A stretch of DNA of 64,000 nt from Macrostomum lignano (lineage: Eukaryota), in NCBI GenBank assembly GCA_002269645.1, contig NIVC01000633.1, positions 248,001 through 312,000 of the forward strand, written 5' to 3'. Positions 50,201-64,000 of this stretch are shown here, one piece after another. Position 1 is the first letter of the stretch. Each line of letters begins with the position of its first letter. Made by a program: the position numbers and the translations under genes. A model generated the notes under the pieces. That model did no database searches and was not told the DNA's origin. It saw only the letters and a list, made by a program, of their open reading frames with translations.

Positions 50201-53200
50201 GTACAGCAGCAGAGCGCCGTCAGCGCCGTCAGCTGTTGATGAGTTCTCGGCTTCGGGGCCGTCAAGCATCATTGAGTACAGCAGGGCCTGGCATGGTTTA
50301 GCACAATGTTGAGGCTTGAGCTCTGCGTGTGAAATCGTTGCTATACACCAGCCGTTTCTAACAAATCTAGCTACCGATTCTAACAAATCTAGCTACCGAT
50401 TCTAACAAATCTACCTAACGATTCTAACAAATCTAGCTACCGATTCTAACAAATCTAGCTACCGATTCTAACAAATCTAGCTACCGATTCTAACAAATCT
50501 AGCTACCGATTCTAACAAATCTAGCTACCGATTCTAACAAATCTAGCTACCGATTCTAACAAATCTAGCTACCGATTCTAACAAATCTAGCTACCGATTC
50601 TAACAAATCTAGCTACCGATTCTAACAAATCTAGCTACCGATTCCAACAAAGCTAGCTACCGATTCTAACAAATCTAGCTACCGATTCTAACAAATCTAG
50701 CTACCGATTCTAACAAATCTAGCTACCGATTCTAACAAATCTAGCTACCGATTCTAACAAATCTAGCTACCGATTCTAACAAATGTAGCTACCGATTCTA
50801 ACAAATCTAGCTACCGATTCTAACAAATCTAGCTACCGATTCTAACAAATCTAGCTACCGATTCTAACAAATCTAGCTACCGATTCTAACAAATGTAGCT
50901 ACCGATTCTAAAAAATCTAGCTACCGATTCTAACAAATCTACCTAACGATTCTAACAAATCTAGCTACCGATTCTAACAAATCTAGCTACCGATTCTAAC
51001 AAATCTAGCTACCGATTCTAACAAATCTAGCTACCGATTCTAACAAATCTAGCTACCGATTCTAACAAATGTAGCTACCGATTCTAAAAAATCTAGCTAC
51101 CGATTCTAACAAATCAAGCTACCGATTCTAACAAATCTAGCTACCGATTCTAACAAATGTAGCTACCGATTCTAACAAATCTAGCTACCGATTCTAACAA
51201 ATCTAGCTACCGATTCTAACAAATGTAGCTACCGATTCTAAAAAATCTAGTTACCGATTCTAACAAATCTACCTAACGATTCTAACAAATCTAGCTACCG
51301 ATTCTAACAAATCTAGCTACCGATTCTAACAAATCTAGCTACCGATTCTAACAAATGTAGCTACCGATTCTAAAAAATCTAGCTACCGATTCTAACAAAT
51401 CTAGCTACCGATTCTAACAAATCTAGCTACCGATTCTAACAAATCTAGCTACCGATTCTAACAAATCTAGCTACCGATTCTAACAAATCTAGCTACCGAT
51501 TCTAACAAATGTAGCTACCGATTCTAACAAATGTAGCTACCGATTCTAACAAATGTAGCTACCGATTCTAACAAATCTAGCTACCGATTCCAACAAATCT
51601 AGCTACCGATTCTAACAAATCTAGCTACCGATTCTAAAAAATCTAGCTACCGATTCTAACAAATCTAGCTACCGATTCTAAAAAATCTAGCTACCGATTC
51701 TAAAAAATCTAGCTACCGATTCTAACAAATCTAGCTACCGATTCCAACAAATCTAGCTACCGATTCTAACAAATGTAGCTACCGATTCTAACAAATCTAG
51801 CTACCGATTCTAAAAAATCTAGCTACCGATTCTAACAAATCTAGCTACCGATTCTAACAAATCTAGCTACCGATTCTAACAAATCTAGCTACCGATTCTA
51901 ACAAATCTAGCTACCGATTCTAACAAATCTAGCTACCGATTCTAACAAATCTAGCTACCGATTCCAACAAAGCTAGCTACCGTTTCTAACAAATCTAGCT
52001 ACCGATTCTAACAAATCTAGCTACCGATTCTAACAAATCTAGCTACCGATTCTAACAAATCTAGCTACCGATTCTAACAAATCTAGCTACCGATTCTAAC
52101 AAATGTAGCTACCGATTCTAACAAATCTAGCTACCGATTCTAACAAATCTAGCTACCGATTCTAACAAATCTAGCTACCGATTCTAACAAATGTAGCTAC
52201 CGATTCTAAAAAATCTAGCTACCGATTCTAACAAATCTAGCTACCGATTCTAACAAATCTAGCTACCGATTCTAACAAATCTACCTAACGATTCTAACAA
52301 ATCTAGCTACCGATTCTAACAAATCTAGCTACCGATTCTAACAAATGTAGCTACCGATTCTAAAAAATCTAGTTACCGATTCTAACAAATCTACCTAACG
52401 ATTCTAACAAATCTAGCTACCGATTCTAACAAATCTAGCTACCGATTCTAACAAATCTAGCTACCGATTCTAAAAAATCTAGCTACCGATTCTAACAAAT
52501 CTAGCTACCGATTCTAAAAAATCTAGCTACCGATTCTAAAAAATCTAGCTACCGATTCTAACAAATCTAGCTACCGATTCCAACAAATCTAGCTACCGAT
52601 TCTAACAAATCTAGCTACCGATTCCAACAAATCTAGCTACCGATTCTAAAAAATCTAGCTACCGATTCTAACAAATCTAGCTACCGATTCTAACAAATCT
52701 AGCTACCGATTCTAACAAATCTAGCTACCGATTCTAACAAATCTAGCTACCGATTCTAACAAATGTAGCTACCGATTCTAACAAATGTAGCTACCGATTC
52801 TAACAAATCTAGCTACCGATTCTAAAAAATCTAGCTACCGATTCTAACAAATGTAGCTACCGATTCTAACAAATCTAGCTACCGATTCCAACAAATCTAG
52901 CTACCGATTCTAACAAATCTAGCTACCGATTCTAACAAATGTAGCTACCGATTCTAACAAATCTAGCTACCGATTCTAACAAATCTAGCTACCGATTCTA
53001 ACAAATCTAGCTACCGATTCTAACAAATCTACCTAACGATTCTAACAAATCTAGCTACCGATTCTAACAAATCTAGCTACCGATTCTAACAAATGTAGCT
53101 ACCGATTCTAAAAAATCTAGCTACCGATTCTAACAAATCTAGCTACCGATTCTAACAAATCTAGCTACCGATTCTAACAAATCTAGCTACCGATTCTAAC

Positions 53201-56200
53201 AAATGTAGCTACCGATTCTAAAAAATCTAGCTACCGATTCTAACAAATCTAGCTACCGATTCTAACAAATCTAGCTACCGATTCTAACAAATCTAGCTAC
53301 CGATTCTAACAAATCTAGCTACCGATTCTAACAAATCTAGCTACCGATTCTAACAAATCTAGCTACCGATTCTAACAAATCTAGCTACCGATTCTAACAA
53401 ATCTAGTTACCGATTCTAACAAATCTAGCTACCGATTCTAACAAATCTAGCTACCGATTCTAACAAATCTAGCTACCGATTCTAACAAATCTAGCTACCG
53501 ATTCTAACAAATCTAGTTACCGATTCTAACAAATCTAGCTACCGATTCTAACAAATCTAGCTACCGATTCTAACAAATCTAGCTACCGATTCTAACAAAT
53601 CTAGCTACCGATTCTAACAAATGTAGCTACCGATTCTAAAAAATCTAGCTACCGATTCTAACAAATCTAGCTACCGATTAAAACAAAATCTAGCTACCGA
53701 TTCCAACAAAGCTAGCTACCGATTCTAACAAATGTAGCTACCGATTCTAACAAATCTAGCTACCGATTCTAACAAATCTAGCTACCGATTCTAACAAATC
53801 TAGCTACCGATTCTAACAAATCTAGCTACCGATTCTAACAAATCTAGCTACCGATTCTAACAAATCTAGCTACCAATTCTAACAAATCTAGCTACCGATT
53901 CTAACAAATCTAGCTACCGATTCTAACAAATCTAGCTACCGATTCTAACAAATCTAGCTACCAATTCTAACAAATCTAGCTACCGATTCTAACAAATCTA
54001 GCTACCGATTCTAACAAATGTAGCTACCGATTCTAAAAAATCTAGCTACCGATTCTAACAAATCTAGCTACCGATTCCAACAAATCTAGCTACCGATTCT
54101 AACAAATCTAGCTACCGATTCTAACAAATCTAGTTACCGATTCTAACAAATCTAGCTACCGATTCTAACAAATCTAGCTACCGATTCTAACAAATCTAGC
54201 TACCGATTCTAACAAATCTAGCTACCGATTCTAACAAATGTAGCTACCGATTCTAAAAAATCTAGCTACCGATTCTAACAAATCTAGCTACCGATTAAAA
54301 CAAAATCTAGCTACCGATTCCAACAAAGCTAGCTACCGATTCTAACAAATGTAGCTACCGATTCTAACAAATCTAGCTACCGATTCTAACAAATGTAGCT
54401 ACCGATTCTAACAAATCTAGCTACCGATTCTAACAAATCTAGCTACCGATTCTAACAAATCTAGCTACCGATTCTAACAAATCTAGCTACCGATTCTAAA
54501 AAATCTAGCTACCGATTCTAACAAATCTAGCTACCGATTCTAACAAATGTAGCTACCGATTCTAACAAATCTAGCTACCGATTCTAACAAATCTAGCTAC
54601 CAATTCTAACAAATCTAGCTACCGATTCTAACAAATCTAGCTACCGTTTCTAACAAATCTAGCTACCGATTCTAACAAATGTAGCTACCGATTCTAACAA
54701 ATCTAGCTACCGATTCTAACAAATCTAGCTACCGATTCTAACAAATCTAGCTACCGATTCTAAAAAATCTAGCTACCGATTCTAACAAATCTAGCTACCG
54801 ATTCTAACAAATGTAGCTACCGATTCTAACAAATCTAGCTACCGATTCTAACAAATCTAGCTACCAATTCTAACAAATCTAGCTACCGATTCTAACAAAT
54901 CTAGCTACCGATTCTAACAAATCTAGCTACCGATTCTAACAAATCTAGCTACCGATTCTAACAAATCTAGCTACCGATTCTAACAAATCTAGCTACCGAT
55001 TCTAACAAATCTAGCTACCGTTTCTAACAAATCTAGCTACCGATTCCAACAAATCTCGCTACCGATTCTAACAAATGTAGCTACCGATTCTAACAAATCT
55101 AGCTACCGATTCTAACAAATGTAGCTACCGATTCTAACAAATCTAGCTACCGATTCTAACAAATCTAGCTACCAATTCTAACAAATCTAGCTACCGATTC
55201 TAACAAATCTAGCTACCGATTCTAACAAATCTAGCTACCGATTCTAACAAATCTAGCTACTGATTCTAACAAATGTAGCTACCGATTCTAAAAAATCTAG
55301 CTACCGATTCTAACAAATCTAGCTACCGATTCTAACAAATCTAGCTACCGATTCTAACAAATGTAGCTACCGATTCTAACAAATGTAGCTACCGATTCTA
55401 ACAAATCTAGCTACCGATTCTAACAAATCTAGCTACCGATTCTAACAAATCTAGCTACCGATTCTAACAAATCTAGCTACCGTTTCTAACAAATCTAGCT
55501 ACCGATTCTAACAAATCTAGCTACCGATTCTAACAAATCTAGCTACCGATTCTAACAAATGTAGCTACCGATTCTAACAAATCTAGCTACCGTTTCTAAC
55601 AAATCTAGCTACCGATTCCAACAAATCTAGCTACCGATTCTAACAAATGTAGCTACCGATTCTAACAAATCTAGCTACCGTTTCTAACAAATCTAGCTAC
55701 CGATTCCAACAAATCTCGCTACCGATTCTAACAAATCTCGCCAGCCCGCGTGCTGCTTACCTGCCCAACGTGCTCGTGGCTGAAGCTCGCCCGGCCAGTC
55801 TTAAGTTCAACTGGCAGCCGCTTGTCGCCGCCCGCAGCGTCAGCCACCAGCAGGCTGACGTCCACCTTGCCCTTCAGGCCGAACCTCCGGCTGCCGACGC
55901 TCTCCTCGATGTCCGCCACGCCGTTCACCCGTAGGCCGTCGCTGCCATCGTTTCCGTGATGGCGGCGAAGCCAGTCGACGATGTGCTTGACAAACTGGGA
56001 CACCTCGGCCAGCAGCTCGGACTCGGACAGTCCCAGCGCCGCCAGCTGCTGCGCCAGCTGCCCGGAGTTCACCAGCTGCGCCGCTGCCGCCGAGGCTGAC
56101 GCCTCCGTCACGGGAACCGTCTGATGGCGAACCAGCAGCTGCGGGCGAGCCGAGCAAACAGTTCAACTTGGGAGACTATCGGGATATTCGTGTCCAAGAG

Positions 56201-59200
56201 TTTCTTCCCCTAGTGCATTTTGCCCGCAATGCTTCGGGAATTCGGATAAATATTTCCTACTTTATCCATTAGAGTAACCGCGTCTGACTCTTCACGATAC
56301 GACCTCAGGATTGAATCCGTGCATATGATCCACTGCGGATCCCATATGATCCACTGCGGATCCCATATGATCCACTGCGGATCCCATATGATCCACTGCG
56401 GATCCCATATGATCCACTGTTGATCCCATATGATCCACTGCGGATCCCATATGATCCACTGCGGATCCCATATGATCCACTGCGGATCCCATATGATCCA
56501 CTGCGGATCCCATATGATCCACTGCGGATCCCATATGATCCACTGCGGATCCCATATGATCCACTGCGGATCCCATATGATCCACTGCGGATCCCATATG
56601 ATCCACTGCGGATCCCATATGATCCATTGCGGATCCCATATGGTCTGCTGGGGATCCCATATGGTCTGCTGGGGATCCCATATGGTCTACTGGGGATCCC
56701 ATATGGTCTGCTGGGGATCCCATATGGTCTGCTGGGGATCCCATATGGTCTGCTGGGGATCCCATATGGTCCACTGGGGATCCCATATGATCTCCTTAGG
56801 ATCCTATATGATCTCCTTAGGATTCCATATGATCTCATTAGGATCTCATATGATCTCATTAGAATCCCATATGATCAAACTTATTATGCGAATGATTAAT
56901 TACCGAACCTAAAATACCCGGTGGTGATTCTGTGAGTTATGAGCCAGTTAGAAACCAAAAATATTTCCATGTTTAGTTTGAAATCACTTATTTTGGCACG
57001 ATTCACACTTGACAGTTTTGCTGTCAATAATCGCCTTTGATACACACGGACTGAGTGAAATCAAACATTTATGCCACCTTTGATACACACGGACTGAGTG
57101 AAATCAAACATTTATGCCACCTTTGATACACACGGACTGAGTGAAATCAAACATTTATGCCAATTGAATATTCAAATGAAAATGCAAAGTATGAGGCTCG
57201 GCCAGTCTGACTTACATCCTGAAACAGCTGGTGCACAACGCTGCCCAGCAGCATGACTTTGTTCTCGCCTTCCAACGATGTGTACATTGAGTCCAGCACT
57301 GACCTGCAACAGCGTGGTGGCACGACTGTGGATTCGGACATATTTTTCTACGGCATTGTCTGCAGATGTTTATTTTATCTCAATTCTAGATACATTGTCC
57401 AGGTCTCAGTCTCCTGTCCTAAGAACCCAACTCCCCAGCCCTCAGATCCCCAGTTTCGAGTCCTCAGATCCCAAGTCCCCAGCCCTCAGATCCCAAATCC
57501 CCAGTCCTCAGATCCCCAGTTTCGAGTCCTCAGATCTCAAATCCCCAACCTAAGATCCCCAGTTTCGAGTCCTCAGATCTCAAATCCCCAACCTCAGATC
57601 CCCAGTTTCGAGTCCTCAGATCTCAAATCCCCAACCTCAGATCCCTAGTTTCGAGTCCTTAGATCCCAGCCAGCTGCAGCTCACCTCCGCACGCAGCCAA
57701 GCGAGGCCACCACGGCGGTGGCGCTGAGCAGCTGGTCCGGCAGCAGCACAAAATAATTTTGCTGGTCCGTGACAGACAGCTCCGGGTGATCCGGTTGCCA
57801 TGGCGTCTCCGGGCTGAGCACGATCTGAACCGTGTCCCCTGTGTGCAGGCGAGTCTCCGACCTGAGAGAGAAGTTTGACAATGGCGCCATTGAAACAGAT
57901 GGCAATCGGGCCGCGATGGAGGCCTCATAGGAAATCATCTTGGAAATGGGACTTCGCAATGCAAACGGGGTCAACAGGTGCTACCCAATTCGGGCCTCAC
58001 CAAGAGTCGCACAGTCGGCAGACGAAATTCCAGCCGCAGGGTTCGAGTCCCGCACAGTCGAGCTCCAGCTCGTCAGACAGCCGCTTCACTGAGCGGACCC
58101 GACCGCGGATCCACTCGGGTCGGTGGCGCCACCTGCAGGAGGGGTTGGGGTCTCAGAGTTAGGGAGGTCGGATCCTGGAGGGGTTGGGGTCTCAGAGTTA
58201 GGGAGGTCGGATCCTAAGGAGGCGAGATGGGATCTAACTAGATCATAGAGAGATCTCAAGGAGATTATACTTGAATTCCAATGTGAGATAAAATTTTGAG
58301 ATAATAATCACAAATTGAGATAGATCATATGGGATCTCAAGATTATATGGGATCCCAAGATTACATGGGATCTTAAAATTATATAGAATCTCAAGATTAT
58401 ATGGGATCTCAAGATTATATGGGATCTCAAGATTATATGGGATCTCAAGGTTATATGGGATCTCAAGATTATATGGGATCTCAAGATTATATTGGATCTC
58501 AAGATTATATGGGATCTCAAGATTATATGGGATCTCAAGATTATATGGGATCTCAAGATTATATGGGATCTCAAGATTATATGGGATCTCAAGATTATAT
58601 GGGATCTCAAGATTATATGGAATCTCAAGATTATATGGGATCTCAAGATTATATGGGATCTCAAGATTATATGGGATCTCAAGATTATATGGGATCTCAA
58701 GATTATATGGGATCTCAAGATTATATGGGATCTCAAGATTATATGGGATCTCAAGATTATATGGGATCTCAAGATTATATGGGATCTCAAGATTATATGG
58801 GATCTCAAGATTATATGGGATCTCAAGATTATATGGGATCTCAAGATTATATGAGATCTCAAGATTATATGGGATCCTAATGAGATCATATGGGAGGCCA
58901 AAGAGATCATACAGGACGCCAAGATCATACGAGAGGCCAAGGAGATCATATGGGAGGCCAAGGAGATCATACAGGACGCCAAGGAGATTATACGGGAGGC
59001 CAAGGAGATCATACGGGAGGCCAAGAAGATCATACGGGAGGCCAAGAAGATCATACGGGAGGCCAAGAAGATCATACAGGACGCCAAGATCATACGAGAG
59101 GCCAAGGAGATCATATGGGAGGCCAAGGAGATCATACAGGACGCCAAGGAGATCATACGGGAGGCCAGGAAGATCATACGGGAGGCCAAGAAGATCATAC

Positions 59201-60119
59201 GGGAGGCCAAGGAGATCATACGGGAGGCCAAGAAGATCATACGGGAGGCCAAGGAGATCATACGGGAGGCCAAGGAGATCATACGGGAGGCCAATAAGAT
59301 CATACGGGAGGCCAAGGAGATCATACGGGAGGCCAAGAAGATCATACGGGAGGCCAAGGAGATCATACGGGAGGCCAAGGAGATCATACGGGAGGCCAAG
59401 GAGATCATATAGGACCCGTATGAGATCATCTGAGATCCCAAGACGAGTTAGGATTTTAAGGAGATCAAAGTATTGTCTGAAGGTCAACACTCAGACAGGT
59501 TTTCAATGCGATGAGTTTCCGAGGTCTGTTAAGTCCTCAATCCCAACGAGCTTATGCGGAATCCCAAACAGGCCAGATTGGGATCTCACTCCGCAGGCAG
59601 CCAGCAATCGGCCTCAGCCTCAAGCTCGGCAGCAGCGCCAGCATCCGAATTCTCCTTGCCAATTTTCGCTGCCCGCCCCACCGCACAGTCGGGCGACTTC
59701 TCGTTGGAAGAACAGGCGCCGCTGCTGTTGCTGCTGTCCGACAGCACCACAATGGGCTCGGCTGTCAGCTTCTGCTGTTGCTGCTTCTGCTGCTCCTCGC
59801 CGTACAGGAAAGCCCGCTTGGTCGGCGGCAGGTCAGGCGCGTCCGGCCGATAGTTGAGACCCTTTGGTGGCCGCTTCCGGCCGAAAATTGTCCGGGCCAC
59901 GTTGGAGGCCTTGGCGTTGGGCGGCTTGTCAAAGGAGACGGCGGAGGCGACGGACGAGGCGGAGGATGAGGCGGAAGACGGGCGCGGGTTGGACAGGAAA
60001 GAGCGGCGGGCGAGTCGCTTCTGTTGTTGTTGCTGTTGCTGCTGTTGCTGGGGCGCCGCAGGGGGAGACGGCGGCACAACGTCAACAGTGGAGGCCGCAG
60101 ACTGGGCCGCGGTGGAGCC
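44214..60119 (-). CDS. DNA2: DNA2 helicase/nuclease, at least 12 exons; first exon not identified
   Basis: MLLGSVVHQLFQ; IEESV.SRRFGLKGKVDVS...ELKTG..HVGQV; YSMML; YFGHWSRLL.ME; GDFAVV; LNREQ...KDFVLLKGYPGTG/KTT; VLVSAYTHSAVDNIL; DFALIDEAGQ; LVGDPHQLPP; LTEQYRMN; GLMSPYRDQV; TIDQFQGRDK; RRFNVAVTRAKRKLI.IG. Confidence 0.93.
44810..59425. repeat. Other DNA2 intronic minisatellites: 44810-45060 (21 bp), 45590-46010 (21), 47400-48010 (21), 48500-48815 (CCCTAA-like), 49195-49935 (GGGATC-based), 56320-56870 (21), 57430-57670, 58320-58875 (18), 58880-59425 (21)
   Basis: Directly visible. They account for the long repetitive pseudo-ORFs in the ORF track. Confidence 0.92.
50356..55740. repeat. 5.4-kb intronic satellite, 22-bp unit TTCTAACAAATCTAGCTACCGA (~245 copies)
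   Basis: Directly visible, between two DNA2 nuclease-domain exons. Confidence 0.98.
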
Positions 60120-62284
60120 CTGTGAGAGAGATATAGAAAATTTTTGAACGAATAGATATAGGAAGACATTAGCATTAGAAGATGCCTAATGTTAGTCGAA
60201 ACATGTCGTTTGAATAAAAAATGCTCGCAATTTCCTTCCTTCTAAAGTATAAAAAAAACATAAAAATAGACCAATGTCTATGAGTGTACATAAGAGTAGG
60301 GTTCTTATACATTTAGAACATGTGGATTTGATAGGTAAAATGTTATAAATTTCCATCTTAGGTAGCTCTTACCAGTTTAAAAAAAGAGTTGATGTTTGTT
60401 TGCTTCATTGTAATATTAGCTGAAAATTATAAATGATAAATGTAAGAAGAAAAAGAAAATTTTCAATGATAGGTTTATTATTATATAACTATATGTATTA
60501 GGCCTAGGCTTATTATATTAATATTATAGATCATTTTATTTCCAGTTCTAAGGGACCTAGAAATTTCAAAATACTTAGAGATATAGTGATCATGTCAATA
60601 TTGTGCCTACAATAAAGTAAAGGCCTAACAGCTATGTTATGGTAGCTACGAGCATATGTTTTTAAATAATAAGCTTTGAATAAGCTTCAATAATTTTAAT
60701 TATTAACATAAGAATATAAGATAATAATATATATGAGATATAATAAATGTCATAAGTCAAACAAATAAACTTTGTGTATTACCACTTATAACACCAGGCC
60801 TAATGTGGCTTCCAGTTAATCTAGCGACAATATGATCTGGCAACAGATATTATATCAACATATATACAGATTAGTTGAGCTATTATTTTTAGCTCTTTAT
60901 GATTACTTATTAATACTTAAACAATTAAATAAAAATAACATAAACTATAATTATTGCAGTTATATTTTTACAGCTGTATGTAGCTGTTGATTTTCATCTA
61001 GCTAATTTTTCTAGATCAATTTAGCTAATTTCTAGATTAATTTTTTTCTGAATACAATTTTATCAATTTAATCTGCTTGGAAAGCAAATTTGTTTGACTA
61101 TGATCCAATATTGTTGTATATATTCTATTTGCCTTTTTGCATGAAAATGAAAATCCCATTTGCTAATCATTGAACATTGAACAAATTGAACACTGAAAAT
61201 TTCATATTTTGAAACATCAGATTGATGATTAATGTTTGGAAATTAAAAAGTTTTTTTAATTGTCACTTAATTTTAAGCAATGATTAAATATATTGCACTA
61301 AACTAGAATTTTTTAAAATAATAAGCAATAAGGAAAAAAATTGCATTAGATACAAAAAAGTCAAGTGCCAGATAAGTGTGACTAGAGCAAAGTATTGCCA
61401 CCTACTAAAGTCAGGAACTGACTTTGAATAGACATGCACAGGGTACAAGGCTATGGCTACTAAGGCTAAGATTATGGCTATAGCTGCTGAGGCTGAGGCT
61501 ACTAAGGCTAAGGTTATGGCTGTGGCTGCTATGGCTAAGGTTATGGCTACTAAGGCTAAGGCTATGGCTACTGAGGCTAAGGCTACTGAGGCTAAGGCTA
61601 CTGAGGCTGAGGTTATGGCTATGGCTGCTGAGGCTGAGGGTGGCTTCTGAGGCTAAAGCTGCATTGATGCTACCATTGCAATGTCATGCAATAATAGTTT
61701 TAATAGTCATCACTGGCAGTGTAGCTAATATGAGTTCAATGAGGATATTCAGTTTTTGAAAATGTTTTAAGTTTCAATCCTTTTTTCATTGCAGACATCA
61801 TTTGCTATTGAAGATGTAGTCACTGAAGAACCGGCTCTTAACTTGCTGCCTTTTGCACTAGGAGTAGGCCTAGGCCTAGCAATTATGGTTAGAGCAATGC
61901 CACCTTGACCAGCAGTAGCAGCAGCAATAACATTGCATTATTGCTGCTGCAGTGTTGTGTTGCGGCCTGAGTCAGCAGTGTCAGCTGCCTGGTGTCAAGC
62001 TGCCAGTCAGCTGCCTGGTGTCAGCAGCCTTAGCCTCAGTAGTAGAGCCCAGCTTCTTCAGCATATAAGATGGCAGCTTGATGAAGAAGTTAACCCTCAT
62101 TGTGGATAGCTGGGCAACGTCCTAGTTTCCTGCCTTAAATTATTATTTAGACCCAAAATTTGAAATGAACAAACAAAAGCAAGTTTATTGAAGATTTAAA
62201 ATGAATTTTAGGTATTACAAGGAGTAGTACATAGCGTAGTAATGTGTCAGCCAGTACAAAAAGTTACCAAAGCTCTTTTTGGGT

Positions 62285-62500
62285 AGGCCCCTAGAGTCAG
62301 CGCCAAAGAAACTTGCTAAGGTGGGAATCAAAAAGGTCATCATTGGTGCCATGCTGACTACAAAACTTTGCCTTCACATGGGCCTAGGTGCCTTCAATGG
62401 TATTCTCAATGACTGATTTCAAGGTCACAGAGGTTGGCCAATGGCCACAAATTAGCAGGAGGTAGGATATTTACAGGCACTCGAGGTTGTCCAGCCATGA
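62285..62500 (-). pseudogene. Merlin/IS1595-like transposase remnant
   Basis: INH..., NLCDLEISH, and SVIENTIEGT*AHVKAKFCSQHGTNDDLFDSHLSKFLWR*, resembling NFVDP..G.HTQ.IE..W...K....HG....L.SYL.EF.WR. It has stops and frameshifts. Confidence 0.5.
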
Positions 62501-62691
62501 TTTATGCTGAAAATAACAAAAATCAGGTCAAAATAATTTTACATGGGAAAGTAGGACATTGCCAATAGCTGCTACAACTATTTCACAAACATGTAGGCCT
62601 AGACATAGGCCTAATAAGGACTGAGGTCATTAATACCCTGTGGCGTGGCCGTGACTGGATATACCAAAGGCAGGCATGACAGCCATGCAAC

Positions 62692-63358
62692 GGGTGCCCT
62701 TGAATTTAGCAACCAAAATTTAGTAACCATGAATTTAGTACAGCTTGAATTTAGTACCGCTCAAATTTAGTACCGCTTGAATTTAGTACCACTCGAATTT
62801 AATAATGCCTAAATTTAGTAACGCCTGAATTTAGTAATTCCTGAATTTAGTAACGCAACAAATGGTACAGCTGAGAGATATTCCTTATGTATTAGTATAA
62901 TATGAAGGAAAGGAAGTGAATAGGCTATGAAGTGAAGGAAAGTTCTATTGTTCTGCAACTTCACTATATATATATTACTATTCATTGTAATATTATGACT
63001 TGTATTATTAACATTATTGGAATAAAATATCTATAGTTGCAATTCGCCTCCCAGTCTTCAATTCTAAAAAATCTTAAAAATTCTTAAATTTATACATACA
63101 CTAATATTGAAATCTCCCATATAAATAATAGGTGCATGATGAAACTTTATATAATAATACATATGGGATATCTCTCAGCTGCACCATTGTTGCGTTACTA
63201 AATTCAGGCGTTACTAAATTCAGGTGTTACTAAATTCAGGCGTTACTAAATTCAAGCGGTACTAAATTCAGGTGGTACTAAATTCAAGTGGTACTAAATT
63301 CGAGCGGTACTAAATTCAAGCAGTACTAAATTCACGGTTACTAAATTCACATAGACCC
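62692..63358. mobile_element. Non-autonomous foldback/MITE, 667 bp, 9-bp TSD (MULE-like)
   Basis: CCATGCAAC at 62683-62691 and 63359-63367. Ends are GGGT...ACCC. The ~190-bp inverted arms are built from 16-bp GAATTTAGTAAC/TACC repeats. Confidence 0.85.
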
Positions 63359-64000
63359 CCATGCAACTTAATAATAATAGTTTAGTAAAGTGAAATATCT
63401 AGATATATTGTATATATGTTGCATTAGTAGTAATCATAATAATAATAAACTGAAAGACAATGGTCACTGGTCAGATCGTCATGTTCCATTTCGTCATATT
63501 GGATGACAAAGTGACCAGAAGCAAAGTAGCTTTGAAAAATAGGCCTAATATGATGAAGTGACCAAATATTTAGTTATGCTGGATACTTCGTCATCAACCA
63601 ATCAATCTTTGTGAGATTCGAGTTAATGTAAAACTATTTTTTGTTTTTATTGACTATAAGCTGCGGCAAGCAGAACCGATCGATCGACAGGTTTTATCAA
63701 TCGAGATGACAAAATGACAGTGGATCATTAGGATTCCAAGTAAATATGTTTAATTGCCACATTAAGTCACTTGGAAGTTGGAACTAATATGATTGGTGGA
63801 TGACGAAATGACTCTCTTTAGGTAGTGCATACTAATTAAGATGACGAACTGACCCTAGTCGAGGTGAGCACCCCAGACACCCCAGATGACGAAATGGTAG
63901 ATGACGAAAATGACTAGGGCTCCTGAACCCAGATCATTACAGGCTCGTGATTTGAAATTTAAATTATGGTTTTCGAAGAAGCGCTATATTGTGAAAAAAA

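Noticed and set aside
61453-61650. Ala/Lys/Glu-rich 65-aa ORF
   Set aside because: It is a GGCTA/GGCTGA low-complexity repeat starting without splice support; not callable as the DNA2 first exon.

Overview
Eukaryotic (animal) genomic DNA: GC-rich spliced genes whose introns are filled with minisatellites. The style resembles a flatworm such as Macrostomum, but that is inference. The main feature is a 10,524-bp Polinton/Maverick-like endogenous virus at 4528-15051, with ~660-bp imperfect TIRs and a perfect 6-bp TSD (GTCGGG). It has inserted into a coding exon of a galactose-3-O-sulfotransferase-like gene. It encodes, all on the minus strand, a packaging ATPase, an adenain-like protease, major and minor capsid proteins, small protease-substrate-like proteins and a retroviral-type integrase with a chromo-like tail. 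I can see no protein-primed DNA polymerase B and no helicase. Instead it carries a divergent TBP-like ORF, a possible PC4-like ORF and a Fic-domain AMP-transferase, and an exact TATAAATA motif recurs just upstream of most of its genes. Host genes are the 3' end of an OFD1-like gene, a kinesin-14-type motor, a prosaposin-like gene, a dve/SATB-type homeobox gene and DNA2. There are also remnants of a non-LTR retroelement, a Helitron and a Merlin-like transposase, and a MULE-type MITE. Many single-base frameshifts, in both viral and host ORFs, suggest an indel-prone assembly. All homology calls come from manual motif recognition, not database searches. Exon and repeat boundaries are approximate unless stated otherwise.
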